This document shows, piece after piece, positions 57,349-64,000 of a DNA stretch of 64,000 nt. The stretch covers positions 952,974 through 1,016,973 of the forward strand of contig JAVLKG010000003.1 of the NCBI GenBank assembly GCA_032128875.1, in the 5' to 3' direction. The notes under the pieces were generated by a model that saw nothing but the letters and a program-made list of their open reading frames with translations, made no database searches and was not told the origin of the DNA. Every line of letters begins with the position of its first letter. Within the stretch, counting starts at the first letter, position 1. This DNA comes from Candidatus Melainabacteria bacterium 17Bon1m. GTDB taxonomy: Bacteria; Cyanobacteriota; Vampirovibrionia; Obscuribacterales; Obscuribacteraceae. A program made the translations under genes and the position numbers.

Positions 57349-57527
57349 AAATCAATCTTAAAACTGAATGACCTCCCCAATCAATAGGAAGGTCATCTAG
57401 TAACAAAATTTTGACTGTATTTAGTTGGGTCGCTAAATTTCACGCCTCCGAAAAGCCGTTTGCAGGATTTTTGAGTTTACCATAACTGGTATCAAATATG
57501 GTGGCATTTTAGGAATCAAATGATTAA

Positions 57528-57842
57528 ATGACTCAAAACTATTCTGATCGCGCTGTTGGTCAGTATTTCAGGAACGCAAAAATCGAAGATGGTTGGCACA
57601 AACTATTTCTGGTCGCGCTTCATCATGCGAATCGAGACGCTAGAAATATCAAAGCCCCTCAATCTCCGAACCGTAAGTTTCAGCCAGGAGTAGCGACGCC
57701 CCAGGCGGAGCTCGACGCGGAAGAAGAGAATCTAAGAGACTGGATCGAATCTGATCAATTGATTGATTGGTGTCTATACGTAGGCAAAGATCCAGATATT
57801 GCAAGGGAACAAATATTGAGATCGCTCGATGGTTTACATTAA
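57528..57842 (+). CDS. Phage hypothetical protein
   Basis: First gene of a late-like operon; AGGA SD. Confidence 0.6.
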   Translation: MTQNYSDRAVGQYFRNAKIEDGWHKLFLVALHHANRDARNIKAPQSPNRKFQPGVATPQAELDAEEENLRDWIESDQLIDWCLYVGKDPDIAREQILRSLDGLH

Positions 57843-58497
57843 GAAGCGCAAGCGCGGCAACCCTGACGCCTACCTAGTCCCGCCAGAAATGTGGTGTGGA
57901 CATCCAAAGGCTAACGGCGAGAAATGCCGCGGCTCTCGACTCAAGAAAGAAGACGGATCTCTGACGGAGTATTGCCAGGCGCATGATCCGAAGAAGATCG
58001 CTGAAAAGACGACCTTGAAGGACAAGGCAGAAGAAGCCAAACAGGCAGCCTTAACTTTGATTGAGACGCCTATTAGAACGCTCCATGACGTTGTTGCCAC
58101 TGCTGATTGGGCGCTTCGATCAATGCTGTCCGGTGAAATCACAATTGGTCAAGCCAATTCAGTCGGATTCTTATTGGACAAAGCTCAGAAGGCGATGGTA
58201 TCAGCCAAGAAATTGGATCCGAAGGAAATCGCCAATCGTGAATTTACTCGAGAAGCAGCAATTGAGGCAGCGCGGAAATTAACAGTTGCCGACGCTCGCC
58301 AGGTGGCAGCCCGCCGAAATATGCACTTGCTAGAAGATGCAGCTTATAAGCAGCCGGAAATCAAGGTTCTCACGATCGAGGCTGCCCAAGAGAAGGTTAA
58401 TCAATTGGTACCGCGCACGGTGGCAGAAGATAAGAGAGAATCAGAATCGTTGGACGTGGTGGAGATAGATCAATCAAATGAAAGTACAGAAATATAG
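57829..58497 (+). CDS. Phage protein with N-terminal C-x8-C...C-x2-H motif (possible small terminase / DNA-binding)
   Basis: CGHPKANGEKC...YCQAH; function inferred only. Confidence 0.5.
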   Translation: MVYIKKRKRGNPDAYLVPPEMWCGHPKANGEKCRGSRLKKEDGSLTEYCQAHDPKKIAEKTTLKDKAEEAKQAALTLIETPIRTLHDVVATADWALRSMLSGEITIGQANSVGFLLDKAQKAMVSAKKLDPKEIANREFTREAAIEAARKLTVADARQVAARRNMHLLEDAAYKQPEIKVLTIEAAQEKVNQLVPRTVAEDKRESESLDVVEIDQSNESTEI

Positions 58498-59095
58498 TCA
58501 AGATTCAGTTATGAAAGCGCCTGCAGAATTGCAGGAAGCGCGCATGGTCAAGCTCGAAGAAGAGCTATCAAAAATCAGCCGAAGTCTTCAGACCTTGATG
58601 GCAGCCGAATATCCGGAAGGCGAAAATGTCGAACTCCAATTGGTTCACCTTGGCGATGTATATCTTTCGGATGAAAACAACTGCGCGGTTCACGCTGGAT
58701 TCAACGGCAGACTAAGCGGCTGGCTTTTATATTCAGAAGATATCGAAGATTTGACCGAACTGGTTGAATTCGTTTCAAGTCAATACTTTGAGAAGCAGCA
58801 TTTTCACAAGATTGAAGCTGAACCATTGAGCAGTAATGGACAGGTGATTGTTGCTCTTGAATCGGCTGGATTTACAAAAGTCGGCATCAGAAAAATGAAT
58901 AGATTGATTGGCAATCGCTGGGTGGATACGCTCCTAATGGAGAAATTGAATCCGGCTCTAACTGAATCGCCGGTCGAAACAATCGAAATTAAGAAACAGG
59001 ATGAAGGGGAGCTTCCGGTTCTAAACGAACAAGGAGAGGAAGCTAAATGTTCGGAACTGCCCCAGGCCCCCAGGTCAGTAACAACCCTTACCTAA
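58478..59095 (+). CDS. GNAT (RimJ/RimL-like) acetyltransferase-fold protein
   Basis: KIEAE...N...LESAGFTKVG.R......RWVDTLLME. Confidence 0.7.
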   Translation: MKVQKYSQDSVMKAPAELQEARMVKLEEELSKISRSLQTLMAAEYPEGENVELQLVHLGDVYLSDENNCAVHAGFNGRLSGWLLYSEDIEDLTELVEFVSSQYFEKQHFHKIEAEPLSSNGQVIVALESAGFTKVGIRKMNRLIGNRWVDTLLMEKLNPALTESPVETIEIKKQDEGELPVLNEQGEEAKCSELPQAPRSVTTLT

Positions 59096-59700
59096 ACCAA
59101 CAGCAAAGATACATGATGATGTTGCTGGGTGACTCGATGTTGCCTAGCAACCTTCAATTAAGACCCAATCTTGGACAGGCGGAAGCTGCCCGGGCGCGAT
59201 CTGACGTGATGCGCTCGACGGTTAATCCTCAAGTCGCTGATTTAACGGTCAAATTCGGCGCCAATGGTATGGGGAATAGCACGTTTGCCGCGGCTAGAAG
59301 CGCAGCGCTGCAAGCTGAAGGCGCGCGCATGGCTGAAGATGCAGCGCAAGACGCGATGGATCGCGCATACAACAGAACGATGGCTGCCAGAAGTAGCTAT
59401 TTCAACGGTGAAGGCGGACTGGCAAGCGGAACTACTGAAGGCGCTTTGGCGGAAGAGGAAAGGCAGCGCCAGGAACGTGAGCGCAGAATGGAGCGCTACG
59501 GGCAATTTGGGCAAGCCGGTTTAGGTTTGCTCCAGGCAGGATTCCGACCAACCTACAATCAGCCTTATCCCGGTGGCCCTGTTGCTCAGGGTCCAAGTAT
59601 CTTTTCACAATTTGGATCTGGTGTTTCCCAATCTCCGTTAGGAGCGCTGGGCCGTTTCGGTGCTGGCGTTATTAACGGAATGTTCGGGAGCCGATTCTAA
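59047..59700 (+). CDS. Putative ejection / DNA-pilot protein
   Basis: Gly/Ala/Gln-rich; G.G.S.....A...Q.E pattern; follows the GNAT gene. Confidence 0.55.
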   Translation: MFGTAPGPQVSNNPYLNQQQRYMMMLLGDSMLPSNLQLRPNLGQAEAARARSDVMRSTVNPQVADLTVKFGANGMGNSTFAAARSAALQAEGARMAEDAAQDAMDRAYNRTMAARSSYFNGEGGLASGTTEGALAEEERQRQERERRMERYGQFGQAGLGLLQAGFRPTYNQPYPGGPVAQGPSIFSQFGSGVSQSPLGALGRFGAGVINGMFGSRF

Positions 59701-60821
59701 TGTTTGGCGGTGGATTCGGAACAGCGCCCGGTGGGCGCCCTCTCGGCTCATATCAATTTGGCGCAAGCGGTGTAACCGGTGGCGGTTACATCAATTGGCT
59801 TGATGGGTCGAATTCGCTAGTTGATTTGTATCGCCAGAAAGTAGCGGCTAGCGAACAGGCTTGGCGTGATGGCAAGATCACTAATCCTAATGAGATGCAA
59901 TCGCTCAGAGATTCTTTGAAGCGATGGGAAGATATTCAATCAAATCGCGGCGTCACTCCGCAAATCTTCGCACTGCCGGAATACAGTACGGATAACTTCT
60001 TTACTGAAGCCAATGAAGCTTCGCGCCTTCCTGGTATGGGCGGGCAGGTTAGAGCGGATGCAGTTGAAGCAACCCTTCCTGAAAGTCTTCGTGGTCAGAA
60101 TCGAGGTCAATTGATGCGACCTTGGACAGCGACCGGATTGGTCGACAGTAATTTTGGCAGCGGGTCGGAAGGAAATTATGTAGCCGGCGGCATCGCCAGG
60201 AATATGTCTACGACCGCGCCAACCGATCCAAACCGGGTGAGCGCTTTCGGTGGAGCTTATAACGGTGGCGATTTACGATCTGCTAGCCAGTTTGGAAGCT
60301 ATCAATCTCCGCTTCTGCGCGGTGGTGATGCTCATGGCGCAGTCGCGCGCGTGACACCAAATTGGGGCGGAAGCACAACCAATCCATTTCAGAACCAAAG
60401 CGGAAATCTTTCAAATCCTTCCCCGCTGTGGGATCAGCCGCGCGACTCTGGACCGCGATTTGACGACAATGGAAGATCTTCGCGTCCTGGCGGTGGTTAT
60501 ATTCAAAACACACCAAACGGACCATATGAAGTTGATAGATTCGGTAATCGTTTATCGTCCGGAATGCAATCAAGCACATTTGGCGCTATGGCGATGCCTT
60601 ATGGTGGTCCTTCGACTGTTGATTACAGGAAGCAGCCTGATTTTAGTCCGCGATATATGGGACCGTACAGCCAAGCTTATTACAACAATGCGATGAATTC
60701 AGCCGCAATCTATGGCGGTTTGCTTGGCAGCGGTAACGGATATTCAGCCAGTCCGAGCGCCTACTATCAGCCCGGACAGGGCATTTTCAACAATGACTTC
60801 AATCGAAGAGGCGGATTCTAA
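59700..60821 (+). CDS. Gly/Ser/Asn-rich putative internal virion protein
   Basis: Low complexity; coupled; shares MFG..GTAPG N-terminus with the upstream gene. Confidence 0.55.
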   Translation: MFGGGFGTAPGGRPLGSYQFGASGVTGGGYINWLDGSNSLVDLYRQKVAASEQAWRDGKITNPNEMQSLRDSLKRWEDIQSNRGVTPQIFALPEYSTDNFFTEANEASRLPGMGGQVRADAVEATLPESLRGQNRGQLMRPWTATGLVDSNFGSGSEGNYVAGGIARNMSTTAPTDPNRVSAFGGAYNGGDLRSASQFGSYQSPLLRGGDAHGAVARVTPNWGGSTTNPFQNQSGNLSNPSPLWDQPRDSGPRFDDNGRSSRPGGGYIQNTPNGPYEVDRFGNRLSSGMQSSTFGAMAMPYGGPSTVDYRKQPDFSPRYMGPYSQAYYNNAMNSAAIYGGLLGSGNGYSASPSAYYQPGQGIFNNDFNRRGGF

Positions 60822-62545
60822 TGTACTCAACTAGATCGAATGCAAGCCCTCTTAAACCAATGGATTTCTTCGCGCCGCCGCTGATTCCAAAGGTTGATCA
60901 ATATCGACCAGAGCCAAAGACTTTGGGATTTGGAACTCTGCCAAGTCCTAAGCCAATGCCTGTTGGAATTTCTGATCAGATTTACGGACTGCCAATTGGT
61001 ACCAATGGAAACTATGAACGCCAGTATTCGACGGCTGATGAACTTCTAGGAAGAGAACCAATCTTGGAGCCTCCGCCTAGACCAGCGGGAATGCATTCAG
61101 CCTGGCAAGAAGGGCCCGATCCTTCTTACATGCCTTCGCGCGGACGCGGGCAAGTGCCGGCAGGCTATGACAAAGAAGCCTGGCTTGAACAAGGTTTACT
61201 GGTTCCAATTGAAGAAGTTCAAAGACAACAACAAGAGCTTTTGAGGCAGAAACAAGAAGGAGCCAATAGAACGGCAGCGATGCAAGGCGCTCCAATGGGC
61301 GCCGATGACGGAAGCTTGGTAAATCTTGATGATTTCCAGGTTCCGCAACGTCAGCCATTCATGCCGGATCCGAATGATCCAATTGCAAGATTTGGTCAGC
61401 CGCCTGTGCCGGCGCCTGGAAATCCGTACATCAACGGCGGTCAAATGCCCTATCCAGGCGGTATGTCCGGTCCGCACATGCAAGGTCGGATGCAAAACAT
61501 CCTTGATGAAATGTTGACTCGCCAACAATACGGCCGTCAATACAATGACATGCAACTGCAGCGCGATCAGTACGATGACGGCTGGGACAGAGCCCGCGCG
61601 GATATCCTCAATCCTCTCATGGGTGGCTTGATGGGTGGTCGCGGCATGGCAGCGATGACCGCTGATTCAAACAATCGCAGAAATCAAATCATGGATCGCC
61701 GGCAGTTGAGACGCCAGTCGATGACAGATCAGTGGGGACAAACCAAAGATCTGATCAGCATGATTGCAGCTAATGATCCGCAAACGATCAAGAATCAGAA
61801 CATGCTGGCGAAAACCCAGAATGACTATATGCAGAAGATCATCAATCAGCAAAATGCGAACACGAATCAATTCAGTTCGCAAAGTAACGCACAGTACAAA
61901 TCCCGTATGGCTACAGTAGCCGAAAGCAAGGCCGCCACCGCTGCCAGCAACCTTCAACGATTGATCAGCGAAGGCGCTGACAGAAGCCAACGTGGCTGGG
62001 CAATGATCGAATCAAATCGTTCTAAATGGGAATCTTCGCTGGAAATGCGCGGAATGGAACTTGAGCAACGCAAGGCGCAAGCCGCTGCCTCAAACGATAT
62101 CCGAATGATGGCATTGATCCAAAAAGATGAAGCCGATTTGGCAAAAGAGCAGATCGCATATGACAAGATGAGCGCAGATCTTGAATCGAAAGCGGCTGAG
62201 GTAGACAAGAATGGAGCGCCAAAGCGAAGCGCTGAATTCGTTGATAAATACGGAACTAAGGCAGCGCCTGGTAAAGAACCAGCGCCACAGCAGAATCAAG
62301 CCGCGGATATCATCAACGCGCTTGGAGGATTTTTCCAGAGAGTCGCAGGAGGAAACCAACAGAGTGGCACAACAGCGCCAGCTCCGAAGCCGGTTCCTGG
62401 AAAACAACCAACTAAGCCAGCCGCTCAATCAGCCGGATCCAAACCAATCACGCCGGATGTAGTCCGTATGTTGAAAGCGAAATTTCCAAACGATATGAAA
62501 GCCGCTATGGCGGAAGCTAGGCGCCTTGGATATAGGATCGATTAA
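60821..62545 (+). CDS. Pro/Gln/Met-rich putative ejection protein
   Basis: Disordered plus coiled-coil, no Cys; coupled. Confidence 0.55.
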   Translation: MYSTRSNASPLKPMDFFAPPLIPKVDQYRPEPKTLGFGTLPSPKPMPVGISDQIYGLPIGTNGNYERQYSTADELLGREPILEPPPRPAGMHSAWQEGPDPSYMPSRGRGQVPAGYDKEAWLEQGLLVPIEEVQRQQQELLRQKQEGANRTAAMQGAPMGADDGSLVNLDDFQVPQRQPFMPDPNDPIARFGQPPVPAPGNPYINGGQMPYPGGMSGPHMQGRMQNILDEMLTRQQYGRQYNDMQLQRDQYDDGWDRARADILNPLMGGLMGGRGMAAMTADSNNRRNQIMDRRQLRRQSMTDQWGQTKDLISMIAANDPQTIKNQNMLAKTQNDYMQKIINQQNANTNQFSSQSNAQYKSRMATVAESKAATAASNLQRLISEGADRSQRGWAMIESNRSKWESSLEMRGMELEQRKAQAAASNDIRMMALIQKDEADLAKEQIAYDKMSADLESKAAEVDKNGAPKRSAEFVDKYGTKAAPGKEPAPQQNQAADIINALGGFFQRVAGGNQQSGTTAPAPKPVPGKQPTKPAAQSAGSKPITPDVVRMLKAKFPNDMKAAMAEARRLGYRID

Positions 62546-64000
62546 TGCCCTCATTCTCTCAACTCTGGAATCAATCAGAAGACAAGCCGACCAATTCCAA
62601 TTTTGAATCACTTTGGAATCAATCGGAACAACCAGTGGCGCCACCAGCGCCGCCGGATCCTATTCGAATGTTGGCAGGACAGGCGACGCAAGGCGCCGCC
62701 GATCTGCTTGGAGGATTCACCGGGTTTCTGAATGATCACGGGGTTAATACTGAGGCATTTTTCAAACCAGCCCGAACTGCAGCAAGAACACAGAAAGCAT
62801 TGAGCGGCAAGGCTAAAATCTACGCCGCCGAAGCGGGCTTGGCTGACCTTGGCGACGCTGTAATTAATACCCCGGCTGGATTAGTCCAACAGGGATTGGG
62901 AATCGATCCAGCGAAGCGCTGGCGGTCTGATATGGCTGGATTTATTGAAAACTTCCCAGCCGCTAGAGAAGCTAAAGAAATTCTTCCCGAAGCCTTCAAT
63001 TCTTACAAAACGACGGCCGGATTCTTGGCTCCGCTGCCTGGCGGTGGCGTAGCTAAAACCGTTGGCATGGCCGGGAAATATCTCCCGGCTGCCGCCAAAT
63101 GGTCTAAGGCGGTTCAAGCCGGAAGCAAAGGAGCGCAGATCGCGGATCTCGCCGCCACTGGTGGCGCTATTGGTGGCGTCATGTCTGTCGGTTCTCAAGT
63201 CAAAGAGAATCGAAATATCGATCCAATTGAAACTTTAGCTTCTGCCGGATTAGGCGCAGCTCTTGGCGGTGGACTTGGCGCCGCGGCTCATGGCGCGGGC
63301 GCTGCATTTGAGAAGCTATGGAACAAGGTTCCAAGAAAACAAACGCCGGCGGCACAGGTTAATCAAGAGGTTTCCGGTCAAATCCTTCCGCGTGAAGGAC
63401 CGATGAACGCCAATGAAATGGAAAACATTGGCATGATCGATCGTGCAGCCCTTGATCCTGAAGATGTGGCGGCGCTTGATCAACTCCAAGGGAAAGCGGC
63501 TGAACCAGCCGTAGTACCAGAAGTTTTACCAACTGAAAAGCCGCGCGTATCAATGCCGCTGAATAAAGCTCAAGAAGGATTGGTTCCTGTTGAGCCGCCT
63601 ATGGATTTCACGCCGCCCGGCAAGCCAAAAGTGGCTATGCCTCTAGAGGATGCAATGGCAGGCGTTCAAGGCGAGCGCCGCGGAATCCTGCAAGTCGACG
63701 AAAACGGCAAACAGATTCTTGGTCGTGATCGGGTCGGCATGGCTCCGGGAATTGAGACATTCTCTGACAATGTTTTACCGCCCGAGCTTCGCGCGCTCAA
63801 GATGGAATATGCCAAAGCGAAAGCTGAGAACGCCTATCATTCTGACCAATTGAATCAGATCAATGAAGTCTTGATTGATCGATTCGGAGCTAACGGCGAA
63901 GCCAAGCTAGGACCGTTTAAGCTGACCCGTGTTCCTGGACAGCGTGAACTAAATAAAGCCGGCGAAGACCTTAAGTATCGAGTCAAGGCACAAATCGATC
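62545..64000 (+). CDS. Large putative ejection protein (partial, runs off the window)
   Basis: Manual translation of the 5' part gives MPSFSQLWNQSED... with Gly/Ala hydrophobic stretches (GLGAALGGGLGAAAHGAGAA). No ORF-track entry, consistent with no stop before the window end. Confidence 0.65.
   Translation, partial: MPSFSQLWNQSEDKPTNSNFESLWNQSEQPVAPPAPPDPIRMLAGQATQGAADLLGGFTGFLNDHGVNTEAFFKPARTAARTQKALSGKAKIYAAEAGLADLGDAVINTPAGLVQQGLGIDPAKRWRSDMAGFIENFPAAREAKEILPEAFNSYKTTAGFLAPLPGGGVAKTVGMAGKYLPAAAKWSKAVQAGSKGAQIADLAATGGAIGGVMSVGSQVKENRNIDPIETLASAGLGAALGGGLGAAAHGAGAAFEKLWNKVPRKQTPAAQVNQEVSGQILPREGPMNANEMENIGMIDRAALDPEDVAALDQLQGKAAEPAVVPEVLPTEKPRVSMPLNKAQEGLVPVEPPMDFTPPGKPKVAMPLEDAMAGVQGERRGILQVDENGKQILGRDRVGMAPGIETFSDNVLPPELRALKMEYAKAKAENAYHSDQLNQINEVLIDRFGANGEAKLGPFKLTRVPGQRELNKAGEDLKYRVKAQID

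Larger units (their letters stand above)
46320..64000. mobile_element. Prophage (left part; continues past the window)
   Basis: att in a tRNA, integrase, dense small coupled ORFs (TAATG overlaps), a tRNA array and ejection-protein-like genes. Confidence 0.88.

Overview
Two parts. (1) About 1-46,300 is host chromosome. The gene set is cyanobacteria-like but has no photosynthesis genes, so Melainabacteria/Vampirovibrionia (Obscuribacterales-like) is my inference. It carries pcrA (partial), mraY, otsB, TPR and LRR proteins, two two-component pairs, GT9, LCP, a type IV pilin, an MBL hydrolase, rlmN, secA, tsaB, rimI, bioY, glmU, coaX, an amidase and dispersed GTAG-type REP palindromes. (2) From about 46,320 to the window end is the left part of a prophage inserted in a tRNA-Ala(GGC) gene; only the 3' half of that tRNA is left here as the att site. 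The prophage has an integrase, an RHH protein, a FimB/FimE-like recombinase, many small genes and podovirus-like GNAT plus ejection-protein genes. Its most striking block (about 54,580-57,350) combines a ~330-nt highly paired non-coding RNA candidate, seven tRNAs plus one atypical tRNA-like gene, an Acb2/Tad1-like sponge gene inside the tRNA array and an Rnl2-type RNA ligase. This looks like a counter-defence / translation-rescue island. A recurring 20-bp palindrome (TGRYAY-N8-RTRYCA-like) precedes most phage operons. All calls were made by eye; no searches were run.
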